Shown here in pieces: positions 37,622 to 53,600 of a stretch of 64,000 bases of DNA. Location of the stretch: assembly GCA_964016885.1 (NCBI GenBank), contig OZ024743.1, forward strand, positions 207,514,001-207,578,000, read 5' to 3'. The notes below the pieces were generated by a model. The model had not been told where the DNA came from and searched no databases. It worked only from the letters and a program-made list of their open reading frames with translations. Position 1 is the stretch's first letter, and each line of letters opens with the position of its first letter. Made by a program: the position numbers and the translations under genes. Source of the DNA: Eledone cirrhosa (taxonomy: Eukaryota).

Positions 37622-38532
37622 TCAAAGAAAGGTCACATTGGAGAATATACCATATATAGTTAAATATAAACCAAGGCATATATGTGACCAAAAAATCGAT
37701 GGTAAAATGGGGATCGGTTTATTTTCAAGGTCAATATTTTGATAATTTTCACCAACTTCAAATTCTACACAAATAAGGTGCTAACATATCTGCAGTAATT
37801 ATTTCACAATGAAACACTGTTTTTCTACATTTACTATATCGTCATCAGTTTTATTTATGTGAGAACATTCCCAACAAAGTTTTATTATTTGAACTTTTAG
37901 CACATAAATACCCCCTACACATATATACATACATGCATGCAAGTGTACACATATGCACACCTGTGCCAACTGTTTTTCTCTGACTTAATTATATTTTTTC
38001 TTTCAATCTTGTTTTGTTTTATTTCTCTCACTCTTTCTCTCACTCTTTCTCTCACTCTTTCTCTTGCTCTTTCTCTCACTCTTTCTCTCACTCTTTCTCT
38101 TGCTCTTACGCTCTCTTTTTCTATCTTTTTCTCTCTCCCCTTTTTCTCATTTGCTGCCTCTTCCTCTCCCTTCTACTATCAATCCTTATAAGGTGTTCTC
38201 TTGATTTCTTTCAACTATTTCCAATTCATTTCAATCTCCCCGCTCATTGTTTTTAATGATCTCCACAACAGTTAAAGAATATCATTTAAAAAAAAAATAC
38301 CTTAATCTAAGAATATATCTTCACTTTATATTATATTAATTTAGAATTTTCTCGTGCTTTTTTATCTTCTAATTATAAAGAAATAAGATTTTCTAAAAAT
38401 GTGGGTGGTGTTTGTCTTATTTCCACTAAAAAGTTATTACATAGTGGAGTTGTGATACAAAAACTATAATATAAATGACACTTAAAACATTTTAAATATC
38501 AAAATATTAAAACTTCATAAATATTTTCTCCC

Positions 38533-38755
38533 CATATTTACCTTGTAGATAAGTGCATCATGATATTTACCTTGTAGATAAGGATATCATGATAGTTACC
38601 TTGCAGATAAGGGTATGATATTTACTTTGTAGACAGAAATCTCAGTATATTTACCTTGTAGATAAGATAGTATCATGATATTTATTTTGTAGATGAGATA
38701 GTATCAGGATATTTACCTTGTAGATAAGTACATTATGATATTCCCATTGTTGATA
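38533..38755. repeat. Degenerate about 30-bp minisatellite
   Basis: GATATTTACCTTGTAGATAAG...ATCAT repeated about 7 times. Confidence 0.8.
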
Positions 38756-38968
38756 GGAGAGTATTAGAATGAAATATAAAATTACCAGCCATTCATAAAG
38801 AAAACCATTCAAAAATCCATTAGAAAATTCTGAAAAAACTCCCGAGTCAAACATATTTAATATCAATATATCAATCTATCGTGATTAGTAAAATCTATTG
38901 AAATGTTTCAGCCATTTGTTGCAGTTTATCAGAATATACTTATTTACTGATGTTTTTTGTCTTTTTAA

Positions 38969-39005
<37 letters not shown>

Positions 39006-39193
39006 GTGTGTGTGTATGTGTGTACACATACACACATACTTACACCAACATTATCTTGGAACTAACCATCTAATCAATCAGTAGACTAAATCAGTTCAAA
39101 TTCTTTCTCTATTGGATCACACACTCATACACACACACACATATATATATAATTTGTTTCTTTTTACATACTTTGCATCTTAGTCAGAAAAGT

Positions 39194-40691
<1,498 letters not shown>

Positions 40692-41837
40692 TGTATCTTA
40701 TATTATGTAGTAAAATAGTAATTTAAAAAAAGCGATAAAACTCTACCAAAGTGAATACTCCCCTACCTGCCCCCTCCTTTGATAAAAACAAACAAAACAA
40801 AAGACAAGCTAACAACATCCCAAATATAAAACTATACATATTACAACAATATAGCTCAGTAAACATGTTGAAGCAGGAACAGATTATATAGTGAAGTGGA
40901 TTGGGGAGGGGGTGAAGTGGAGGGGGTAGAAAAGAAAGGAAGAAAAAAAATTAAAAATTCGTCCTCAAGTGGTTTTGATTTTTCAGAAGTAACATGGAAT
41001 TCGTGTTGAAACAATAATAATTCCTTTTATCAGTTTCACTTGGATTCTTCATAGCTGTGGGGGAACATTTCACATAGAAACAAGAAAGAAAAAAATAACA
41101 AACCTAAAAGCTACATAATAATAATAATGATGACGATGACGACGATGACGATGACAACAATAATAATAATGATTTCTGGTTTAGGCACAAGGATTTACAT
41201 AAAGGAAAACATTAAGGATGGTACAGGACGGTATAGGAAAGTACAGGATGGTGCAAAGTTGGATTTCTGTCTGTATAAAAGGAAACACAATAACAAAAGA
41301 TATAACAAAAATTAGAAACAAAAACAAATTACGAAAATAATAATAATTGTTTCCACTTTAGGCACAAAGCCAGCAAATACCCAGTACATTACTGGTATTT
41401 TATTTTATCGACCCCGTAAGGATGAAAGGCAAAGTTGACCTCGGCGGGATTTGAACTCAGAATGTAAAGGGACGTAACTATGCTAGAATAGTAGTAGTAG
41501 TAGTAGTAATGACAGTGGTAGTTGTAATGATAATAGTAAAATTCATATAAAAAAATATATGGAAGTATTCTACAGGGTGTGGGGGTGAAGGGTGCTGGTG
41601 GGGTGAAGTCAAAGGCGATGGTGGGGTGAAAGGTGGGGGTGGGGGAATATATGTAAAATCAATCGATAATGAAGCTAAAAACAAACCTCCATGTATAATA
41701 AGTGATAATGTGTGTAGATTGACTGAATTCCTAAAGGAATAAGTAAATAAATAATTGAATAAAAAGATAAAAAGAAGAAAAAAGAAATAAAAAAAAAAAA
41801 GAAATCTCAAGTTTGGAAAAAACAAAATACTCCTGTA

Positions 41838-44800
41838 AATATATAATTAGATAGGCAGGTAGATGTAGATAGATAGGTAGATAGATATATAATTAGATAT
41901 AGAGAGGTAGGTAGATAAGTAGATAAATATATAATTAGATAGGTAGGTAGAAAGGTAGATAAATAGATGTAGGTAGGTAGAAAGGTAGATAAATAGATGT
42001 AGGTAGGTAGGTAGGTGTAGATAGATCGGTAGAAAGGTAGGTAGGTAGGTGTAGATAGATCGGTAGAAAGGTAGGTAGGTAGATGTAGATAGATCGGTAG
42101 AAAGGTAGGTAGGTAGGTGTAGATAGATCGGTAGAAAGGTAGGTAGGTAGGTGTAGATAGATCGGTAGAAAGGTAGGTAGGTAGGTGTAGATAGATCGGT
42201 AGAAAGGTAGGTAGGTAGGTGTAGATAGATCGGTAGAAAGGTAGGTAGGTAGGTGTAGATAGATCGGTAGAAAGGTAGGTAGGTAGGTGTAGATAGATCG
42301 GTAGAAAGGTAGGTAGGTAGGTGTAGATAGATCGGTAGAAAGGTAGGTAGGTAGGTGTAGATAGATCGGTAGAAAGGTAAGTAGGTAGATGTAGATAGAA
42401 AGGTAGGTAGGTAGATGTAGATAGATCGGTAGAAAGGTAAGTAGGTAGATGTAGATAGATCGGTAGAAAGGTAGGTAGGTAGATGTAGATAGATCGGTAG
42501 AAAGGTAGGTAGGTAGATGTAGATAGATCGGTAGAAAGGTAGGTAGGTGTAGATAGAAAGGTAGGTAGGTAGGTGTAGATAGATCGGTAGAAAGGTAAGT
42601 AGGTAGGTGTAGATAGATCGGTAGAAAGGTTGGTAGGTAGGTGTAGATAGATCGGTAGAAAGGTAGGTAGGTAGGTGTAGATAGATCGGTAGAAAGGTTG
42701 CTAGGTAGGTGTAGATAGATCGGTAGAAAGGTAGGTAGGTAGGTGTAGATAGATCGGTAGAAAGGTAGGTAGGTAGGTGTAGATAGATCGGTAGAAAGGT
42801 TGGTAGGTAGATGTAGATAGATCGGTAGAAAGGTTGGTAGGTAGATGTAGATAGATCGGTAGAAAGGTAAGTAGGTAGGTGTAGATAGATCGGTAGAAAG
42901 GTAAGTAGGTAGGTGTAGATAGATCGGTAGAAAGGTAGGTAGGTAGGTGTAGATAGATCGGTAGAAAGGTAGGTAGGTAGGTAGATGTAGATAGATCGGT
43001 AGAAAGGTAAGTAGGTAGGTGTAGATAGATCGGTAGAAAGGTAGGTAGGTAGGTGTAGATAGATCGGTAGAAAGGTTGGTAGGTAGGTGTAGATAGATCG
43101 GTAGAAAGGTAGGTAGGTAGGTGTAGAGAGATCGGTAGAAAGGTTGGTAGGTAGGTGTAGATAGATCGGTAGAAAGGTAGGTAGGTAGGTGTAGATAGAT
43201 CGGTAGGTGGGTAGGTAGGTGTAGATAGATCGGTAGAAAGGTAGGTAGGTAGATGTAGATAGATCGGTAGAAAGGTAGGTAGGTAGGTGTAGATAGATCG
43301 GTAGAAAGGTAGGTAGGTAGGTGTAGATAGATCGGTAGAAAGGTAGGTAGGTAGGTGTAGAGATAGATCGGTAGAAAGGTAGGTAGGTGTAGATAGATCG
43401 GTAGAAAGGTAGGTAGGTAGGTGTAGATAGATCGGTAGAAAGGTAGGTAGGTAGGTGTAGATAGATCGGTAGAAAGGTAGGTAGATGTAGATAGATCGGT
43501 AGAAAGGTAGGTAGGTAGGTGTAGATAGATCGGTAGAAAGGTAGGTAGGTCGGTAGATGTAGATAGATCGGTAGAAAGGTAGGTAGGTAGGTAGATGTAG
43601 ATAGATCGGTAGAAAGGTAGGTAGGTAGGTGTAGATAGATCGGTAGAAAGGTAGGTAGGTAGGTGTAGATAGATCGGTAGAAAGGTAGGTAGGTAGATGT
43701 AGATAGATCGGTAGAAAGGTAGGTAGGTAGATGTAGATAGATCGGTAGAAAGGTAGGTAGGTAGGTGTAGATAGATCGGTAGAAAGGTAGGTAGGTAGGT
43801 GTAGATAGATCGGTAGAAAGGTAGGTAGGTAGATGTAGATAGAAAGGTAGGTAGGTAGGTGTAGATAGATCGGTAGAAAGGTAGGTAGATTTAGATAGAT
43901 CGGTAGAAAGTTAGGTAGGTAGATGTAGATAGATCGGTAGAAAGGTAGGTAGGTAGGTGTAGATAGATCGGTAGAAAGGTAGGTAGGTAGATGTAGATAG
44001 AAAGGTAGGTAGATTTAGATAGATCGGTAGAAAGGTAGGTAGGTAGATTTAGATAGATCGGTAGAAAGGTAGGTAGGTAGATGTAGATAGATCGGTAGAA
44101 AGGTAGGTAGGTAGGTGTAGATAGATCGGTAGAAAGGTAGGTAGGTAGATGTAGATAGAAAGGTAGGTAGGTAGGTGTAGATAGATCGGTAGAAAGGTAG
44201 GTAGATTTAGATAGATCGGTAGAAAGGTAGGTAGGTAGGTGTAGATAGATCGGTAGAAAGGTAAGTAGGTAGGTGTAGATAGAAAGGTAGAAAGGTAGGT
44301 AGGTAGATGTAGATAGATCGGTAGAAAGGTAAGTAGGTAGGTGTAGATAGATCGGTAGAAAGGTAGGTAGGTAGATGTAGATAGATCGGTAGAAAGGTAG
44401 GTAGGTAGATGTAGATAGAAAGGTAGGTAGGTAGGTAGAAAGGTAGGTAGGTAGGTGTAGATAGAAAGGTAGGTAGGTGTAGATAGAGAGGTAGGTAGAT
44501 GTAGATAGAGAGGTAGAAAGGTAGGTAGGTAGGTGTAGATAGATCGGTAGAAAGGTAAGTAGATAGGTGTAGATAGATCGGTAGAAAGGTAGGTAGGTAG
44601 GTGTAGATAGATCGGTAGAAAGGTAGGTAGGTAGATGTAGATAGATCGGTAGAAAGGTAAGTAGGTAGATGTAGATAGATCGGTAGAAAGGTAGGTAGGT
44701 AGATGGAGATAGATCGGTAGAAAGGTAGGTAGGTAGGTGTAGATAGATCGGTAGAAAGGTTGGTAGGTAGATGTAGATAGATCGGTAGAAAGGTAGGTAG

Positions 44801-47800
44801 GTAGGTGTAGATAGATCGGTAGAAAGGTTGGTAGGTAGGTGTAGATAGATCGGTAGAAAGGTAGGTAGGTAGGTGTAGATAGATCGGTAGAAAGGTAGGT
44901 AGGTAGGTGTAGATAGATCGGTAGAAAGGTAGGTAGGTAGGTGTAGATAGATCGGTAGAAAGGTAGGTAGGTAGGTGTAGATAGATCGGTAGAAAGGTAG
45001 GTAGGTAGGTGTAGATAGATCGGTAGAAAGGTAGGTAGATGTAGATAGATCGGTAGAAAGGTAGGTAGGTAGGTGTAGATAGATCGGTAGAAAGGTAGGT
45101 AGGTAGGTAGATGTAGATAGATCGGTAGAAAGGTAGGTAGGTAGGTGTAGATAGATCGGTAGAAAGGTAGGTAGGTAGGTGTAGATAGATCGGTAGAAAG
45201 GTAGGTAGGTAGATGTAGATAGATCGGTAGAAAGGTAGGTAGGTAGGTGTAGATAGATCGGTAGAAAGGTAGGTAGGTAGGTGTAGATAGATCGGTAGAA
45301 AGGTAGGTAGATTTAGATAGATCGGTAGGTAGGTAGGTAGGTAGATGTAGATAGATCGGTAGAAAGGTAGGTAGGTAGGTGTAGATAGATCGGTAGAAAG
45401 GTAGGTAGGTAGGTGTAGATAGATCGGTAGAAAGGTAGGTAGGTAGGTGTAGATAGATCGGTAGAAAGGTAAGTAGGTAGGTGTAGATAGATCGGTAGAA
45501 AGGTAGGTAGGTAGGTGTAGATAGATCGGTAGAAGGTAGGTAGGTAGGTGTAGATAGATCGGTAGAAAGGTAGGTAGGTAGGTAGGTGTAGATAGATCGG
45601 TAGAAAGGTAGGTAGGTAGGTGTAGATAGATCGGTAGAAAGGTAGGTAGGTAGGTGTAGATAGATCGGTAGAAAGGTAAGTAGGTAGGTGTAGATAGATC
45701 GGTAGAAAGGTAGGTAGGTAGATGTAGATAGAAAGGTAGGTAGGTAGAAAGGTAGGTAGGTGTAGATAGAAAGGTAGGTAGGTAGGTGTAGATAGATCGG
45801 TAGAAAGGTAGGTAGATGTAGATAGATCGGTAGAAAGGTAGGTAGGTGTAGATAGATCGGTAGAAAGGTAGGTAGGTAGATGTAGATAGATCGGTAGAAA
45901 GGTAAGTAGGTAGGTGTAGATAGATCGGTAGAAAGGTAAGTAGGTAGATGTAGATAGATCGGTAGAAAGGTAGGTAGGTAGGTGTAGATAGATCGGTAGG
46001 TAGGTAGATGTAGATAGATCGGTAGAAAGGTAGGTAGGTAGATGTAGATAGATCGGTAGAAAGGTAGGTAGGTAAATGTAGATAGATCGGTAGAAAGGTA
46101 GGTAGGTAGATGTAGATAGATCGGTAGAAAGGTAAGTAGGTAGGTGTAGATAGATCGGTAGAAAGGTAAGTAGGTAGGTGTAGATAGATCGGTAGAAAGG
46201 TAGGTAGGTAGGTGTAGATAGATCGGTAGAAAGGTAAGTAGGTAGATGTAGATAGATCGGTAGAAAGGTAAGTAGGTAGATGTAGATAGATCGGTAGAAA
46301 GGTAAGTAGGTAGGTGTAGATAGATCGGTAGAAAGGTAGGTAGGTAGATGTAGATAGATCGGTAGAAAGGTAGGTAGGTAGGTGTAGATAGATCGGTAGA
46401 AAGGTAGGTAGGTAGGTGTAGATAGATCGGTAGAAAGGTAGGTAGGTAGGTGTAGATAGATCGGTAGAAAGGTAAGTAGGTAGGTGTAGATAGATCGGTA
46501 GAAAGGTAGGTAGGTAGGTGTAGATAGATCGGTAGAAAGGTAGGTAGGTAGATGTAGATAGATCGGTAGAAAGGTAGGTAGGTAGATGTAGATAGATCGG
46601 TAGAAAGGTAGGTAGGTAGGTGTAGATAGATCGGTAGAAAGGTAGGTAGGTAGGTGTAGATAGATCGGTAGAAAGGTAAGTAGGTAGGTGTAGATAGAAA
46701 GGTAGGTAGGTAGATGTAGATAGATCGGTAGAAAGGTAGGTAGGTAGGTGTAGATAGATCGGTAGAAAGGTAGGTAGATTTAGATAGATCGGTAGGTAGG
46801 TAGATGTAGATAGATCGGTAGATAGGTAGGTAGATGTAGATAGAAAGGTAGGTAGGTAGGTGTAGATAGATCGGTAGAAAGGTAGGTAGATTTAGATAGA
46901 TCGGTAGAAAGGTAGGTAGGTAGGTGTAGATAGATCGGTAGAAAGGTAGGTAGGTAGATGTAGATAGATCGGTAGAAAGGTAGGTAGGTAGGTGTAGATA
47001 GATCGGTAGAAAGGTAGGTAGGTAGGTGTAGATAGATCGGTAGAAAGGTAGGTAGATTTAGATAGATCGGTAGAAAGGTAGGTAGGTAGGTGTAGATAGA
47101 TCGGTAGAAAGGTAAGTAGGTAGGTGTAGATAGATCGGTAGAAAGGTAGGTAGGTAGGTGTAGATAGATCGGTAGATAGAAAGGTAGGTAGGTAGAAAGG
47201 TAGGTAGGTAGATGTAGATAGGTAGGTAGGTAGAAAGGTAGGTAGGTGTAGGTAGAAAGGTAGGTAGGTGTAGATAGAAAGGTAGGTAGGTAGGTGTAGA
47301 TAGATCGGTAGAAAGGTAGGTAGGTAGGTGTAGATAGATCGGTAGAAAGGTAGGTAGGTGTAGATAGATCGGTAGAAAGGTAAGTAGGTAGATGTAGATA
47401 GATCGGTAGAAAGGTAAGTAGGTAGGTGTAGATAGATCGGTAGAAAGGTAGGTAGGTAGATGTAGATAGATCGGTAGAAAGGTAGGTAGGTAGATGTAGA
47501 TAGATCGGTAGAAAGGTAAGTAGGTAGGTGTAGATAGATCGGTAGAAAGGTAAGTAGGTAGGTGTAGATAGATCGGTAGGTAGGTAGATGTAGATAGATC
47601 GGTAGAAAGGTAGGTAGGTAGATGTAGGTAGATGTAGATAGATCGGTAGAAAGGTAAGTAGGTAGGTGTAGATAGATCGGTAGAAAGGTAGGTAGGTAGG
47701 TGTAGATAGATCGGTAGAAAGGTAGGTAGGTAGGTGTAGATAGATCGGTAGAAAGGTAGGTAGGTAGGTGTAGATAGATCGGTAGAAAGGTAAGTAGGTA

Positions 47801-49080
47801 GATGTAGATAGATCGGTAGAAAGGTAAGTAGGTAGGTGTAGATAGATCGGTAGAAAGGTAGGTAGGTAGGTGTAGATAGATCGGTAGAAAGGTAAGTAGG
47901 TAGATGTAGATAGATCGGTAGAAAGGTAAGTAGGTAGGTGTAGATAGATCGGTAGAAAGGTAGGTAGGTAGGTGTAGATAGAAAGGTAAGTAGGTAGGTG
48001 TAGATAGAAAGGTAAGTAGGTAGGTGTAGATAGATCGGTAGAAAGGTAGGTAGGTAGATGTAGATAGATCGGTAGAAAGGTAAGTAGGTAGGTGTAGATA
48101 GATCGGTAGAAAGGTAAGTAGGTAGATGTAGATAGATCGGTAGAAAGGTAGGTAGGTAGGTGTAGATAGATCGGTAGAAAGGTAGGTAGGTAGATGTAGA
48201 TAGATCGGTAGAAAGGTAGGTAGGTAGGTGTAGATAGATCGGTAGGTAGGTAGATGTAGATAGATCGGTAGAAAGGTAGGTAGGTAGGTGTAGATAGATC
48301 GGTAGAAAGGTAGGTAGGTAGGTGTAGATAGATCGGTAGAAAGGTAAGTAGGTAGGTGTAGATAGATCGGTAGAAAGGTAGGTAGGTAGATGTAGATAGA
48401 TCGGTAGAAAGGTAGGTAGGTAGGTGTAGATAGATCGGTAGAAAGGTAGGTAGGTAGATGTAGATAGATCGGTAGAAAGGTAAGTAGGTAGGTGTAGATA
48501 GATCGGTAGAAAGGTAGGTAGGTAGGTGTAGATAGATCGGTAGAAAGGTAAGTAGGTAGGTGTAGATAGATCGGTAGAAAGGTAGGTAGGTAGGTGTAGA
48601 TAGAAAGGTAGGTAGGTAGATGTAGATAGATCGGTAGAAAGGTAAGTAGGTAGATGTAGATAGATCGGTAGAAAGGTAGGTAGGTAGGTAGGTGTAGATA
48701 GAAAGGTAGGTGTAGATAGATCGGTAGGTAGGTAGGTGTAGATAGAAAGGTAGGTAGGTAGGTAGGTAGGTGTAGATAGAAAGGTAGGTGTAGATAGATC
48801 GGTAGGTAGGTAGGTGTAGATAGAAAGGTAGGTGTAGATAGATCGGTAGGTAGGTAGGTGTAGATAGGTAGATAGATATATAATTAGATAGGCAGGTAGA
48901 TAGGCTTGTAGATAGGTAGATAGATATATAATTAGATAGGCAGGTAGATAGGCTTGTAGATAGGTAGATAGATATATAATTAGATAGGCAGGTAGATAGG
49001 CTTGTAGATAGGCTTGTAGATAGGTAGATAGATATATAATTAGATAGGCAGGTAGATAGGCTTGTAGATAGGTAGATAAA
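41838..49080. repeat. 34-bp (GGTA/GATA)-based satellite, about 200 units
   Basis: Core unit GGTAGAAAGGTAGGTAGGTAGGTGTAGATAGATC; both ends carry ATATATAATTAGATAGGCAGGTAGAT variants. Confidence 0.97.
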
Positions 49081-49304
49081 TAGGTTGGTAACTAACTAAT
49101 TATATAGACAGGTAGATAAGTTGATGTGATTAAATAGATTGATGTTGGATAGGTGTAGTTAGGTAAGCAGGAAGATAGACTGATAGATAAAATAAAGTTG
49201 GTATATGTAGTTAGATAGGCAGATATAGTGAGATACAGACACACACATATATGTGTACATATATATATATATATACATATATATATATGTATATATATAT
49301 ATAC

Positions 49305-49335
<31 letters not shown>

Positions 49336-50659
49336 TATACATGTATATATATATGTGTGTGTGAATTTTCTTGAAGTTGTAGGGATATCAGTGCAGGGGT
49401 AGCTGTAAACAGCTGATTAATATATGCATAACAAAAAGTCAGGATAAATATAACCACATATTGAGTGGAAGAATGGAGAGAGAGTGAGAGAATATGGAAG
49501 AAAAAGTCTACAATGAGATGAGAAATGAGAGGGTTAGAGAGAGAGAGAGAAGAGAAGAAAAAAAAAGCATAACTGAGATTGGGAGAGCAGAAACCTTTTG
49601 GAGAAAGGATGTAGAATGTAAACTGAGAAATATAGAACTATATCATCATTATGACCTCTTCAGCTTCCTTCTAGATCACACGGTTTCATGTGGGAAAGGA
49701 ATTACCATGTATATAAGGCTAGCCTGTGCAACAAAACCAAAATTTCTGTTGGTCTGACGCTGGAATAGGGGAACAAGAGAGCAGTGGGACAAATAGGGGT
49801 AATTTGATGATTAAGTAGATAAAGTTACACAAACAGTTACCTAGATAGTTAGACATGTTGTTAACTAGAGAGGCAAGTTGATACATTTAAAAAAAAAACA
49901 AAAAAAACATGCAGATAGATAGAATGAATAATATATGGATGAGATGATGTTTAAAATAAAACTATAAAACTAAGAGAAAGATATGGAGGAGAAAATAAAA
50001 ATATATTTTCTATAAACATGGGGTAGTTGATGATATTGATTGCAAAAAAAAAAAAGAGTTGGATTAATTGAGGCAAGTGGAGATAACTTAAAATGATTAG
50101 AGTAAGAGGATTTAGGGTGAGATTAATTTCTAAGCCATGTGAAGATGTAACAGTGATTGGGAATAAGTTGATAAAAATAATAAAATAAAGCAAAAAAATG
50201 GTACATGAATCAGGCCCCCACCCCCATACACACACATACACACACTCATGTATGCAGGTATGTACTTGTATATATACATACACACACCCACTCACACACA
50301 CATCCATCCACTCATGTATGCAGGGATGTACTTGTATATACTCACACACACACACACTCATGTATGCAGAGATGCACATGTATATACACACATACACACA
50401 CTCGTGCAGACACTCATGTAAGCAGGGATGTACTTGTATAACGCACACACATACTTATTCACACAGGTACAACTTACTCATACAGTGATGCATACACACA
50501 ATAGAGAGAGAAACTCAGTTTACTTACAAATAGAAAAAGTAGTTAACTGTCAGTGCTGTAGTAAATACTGGAGAATCAATGGAAGTCTCAAGAGGAATTC
50601 CAAGACATGCCAAACACTTGGAATAAATAGCAACAAATTACTTATAATCAATTCTTGTT

Positions 50660-53600
50660 CACTAAAACTGTCTTGTCTGCCATTAGGGTATGTTATAAGG
50701 AACTAGACACTTCTAGTACACTAAAACTGTCTTGTCTGCCATTAGGGTATGTTATAAGGAACTAGACACTTCTAGTACACTAAAACTGTCTTGTCTGCCA
50801 TTAGGGGATGTTATAAGGAACTAGACACTTCTAGTACACTAAAACTGTCTTGTCTGCCATTAGGGGATGTTATAAGGAACTAGACACTTCTAGTACACTA
50901 AAACTGTCTTGTCTGCCATTAGGATATGTTATAAGGAACTAGACACTTCTAGTACACTAAAACTGTCTTGTCTGCCATTAGGGTATGTTATAAGGAACTA
51001 GACACTTCTAGTACACTAAAACTGTCTTGTCTGCCATTAGGGTATGTTATAAGGAACTAGACACTTCTAGTACACTAAAACTGTCTTGTCTGCCATTAGG
51101 GTATGTTATAAGGAACTAGACACTTCTAGTACACTAAAACTGTCTTGTCTGCCATTAGGGTATGTTATAAGGAACTAGACACTTCTAGTACACTAAAACT
51201 GTCTTGTCTGCCATTAGGGTATGTTATAAGGAACTAGACACTTCTAGTACACTAAAACTGTCTTGTCTGCCATTAGGGTATGTTATAAGGAACTAGACAC
51301 TTCTAGTACACTAAAACTATCTTGTCTGCCATTAGGGTATGTTATAAGGAACTAGACACTTCTAGTACACTAAAACTGTCTTGTCTGCCATTAGGGTATA
51401 TTATAAGGAACTAGACACTTCTAGTACACTAAAACTGTCTTGTCTGCCATTAGGGGATGTTATAAGGAACTAGACACTTCTAGTACACTAAAACTGTCTT
51501 GTCTGCCATTAGGGTATGTTATAAGGAACTAGACACTTCTAGTACACTAAAACTGTCTTGTCTGCCATTAGGGGATGTTATAAGGAACTAGACACTTCTA
51601 GTACACTAAAACTGTCTTGTCTGCCATTAGGGTATGTTATAAGGAACTAGACACTTCTAGTACACTAAAACTGTCTTGTCTGCCATTAGGGTATGTTATA
51701 AGGAACTAGACACTTCTAGTACACTAAAACTGTCTTGTCTGCCATTAGGGTATGTTATAAGGAACTAGACACTTCTAGTACACTAAAACTGTCTTGTCTG
51801 CTATTAGGGTATGTTATAAGGAACTAGACACTTCTAGTACACTAAAACTGTCTTGTCTGCCATTAGGGGATGTTATAAGGAACTAGACACTTCTAGTACA
51901 CTAAAACTGTCTTGTCTGCCATTAGGGTATGTTATAAGGAACTAGACACTTCTAGTACACTAAAACTGTCTTGTCTGCCATTAGGGGATGTTATAAGGAA
52001 CTAGACACTTCTAGTACACTAAAACTGTCTTGTCTGCCATTAGGGTATGTTATAAGGAACTAGACACTTCTAGTACACTAAAACTGTCTTGTCTGCCATT
52101 AGGGGATGTTATAAGGAACTAGACACTTCTAGTACACTAAAACTGTCTTGTCTGCCATTAGGGTATGTTATAAGGAACTAGACACTTCTAGTACACTAAA
52201 ACTGTCTTGTCTGCCATTAGGGTATGTTATAAGGAACTAGACACTTCTAGTACACTAAAACTGTCTTGTCTGCTATTAGGGTATGTTATAAGGAACTAGA
52301 CACTTCTAGTACACTAAAACTGTCTTGTCTGCCATTAGGGGATGTTATAAGGAACTAGACACTTCTAGTACACTAAAACTGTCTTGTCTGCCATTAGGGG
52401 ATGTTATAAGGAACTAGACACTTCGAGTACACTAAAACGGTCTTGTCTGCCATTAGGGGATGTTATAAGGAACTAGACACTTCTAGTACACTAAAACTGT
52501 CTTGTCTGCCATTAGGGTATGTTATAAGGAACTAGACACTTCTAGTACACTAAAACTGTCTTGTCTGCCATTAGGGTATGTTATAAGGAACTAGACACTT
52601 CTAGTACACTAAAACTATCTTGTCTGCCATTAGGGTATGTTATAAGGAACTAGACACTTCTAGTACACTAAAACTGTCTTGTCTGCCATTAGGGTATGTT
52701 ATAAGGGACTAGACACTTCTAGTACACTAAAACTGTCTTGTCTGCCATTAGGGTATGTTATAAGGAACTAGACACTTCTAGTACACTAAAACTGTCTTGT
52801 CTGCCATTAGGGGATGTTATAAGGAACTAGACACTTCTAGTACACTAAAACTGTCTTGTCTGCCATTAGGGTATGTTATAAGGAACTAGACACTTCTAGT
52901 ACACTAAAACTGTCTTGTCTGCCATTAGGGGATGTTATAAGGAACTAGACACTTCTAGTACACTAAAACTGTCTTGTCTGCCATTAGGGTATGTTATAAG
53001 GAACTAGACACTTCTAGTACACTAAAACTGTCTTGTCTGCCATTAGGGTATGTTATAAGGAACTAGACACTTCTAGTACACTAAAACTGTCTTGTCTGCC
53101 ATTAGGGTATGTTATAAGGAACTAGACACTTCTAGTACACTAAAACTGTCTTGTCTGCTATTAGGGTATGTTATAATGAACTAGACACTTCTAGTACACT
53201 AAAACTGTCTTGTCTGCCATTAGGGTATGTTATAAGGAACTAGACACTTCTAGTACACTAAAACTGTCTTGTCTGCCATTAGGGTATGTTATAAGGAACT
53301 AGACACTTCTAGTACACTAAAACTGTCTTGTCTGCCATTAGGGGATGTTATAAGGAACTAGACACTTCTAGTACACTAAAACTGTCTTGTCTGCCATTAG
53401 GGTATGTTATAAGGAACTAGACACTTCTAGTACACTAAAACTGTCTTGTCTGCCATTAGGGGATGTTATAAGGAACTAGACACTTCTAGTACACTAAAAC
53501 TGTCTTGTCTGCCATTAGGGTATGTTATAAGGAACTAGACACTTCTAGTACACTAAAACTGTCTTGTCTGCCATTAGGGTATGTTATAAGGAACTAGACA

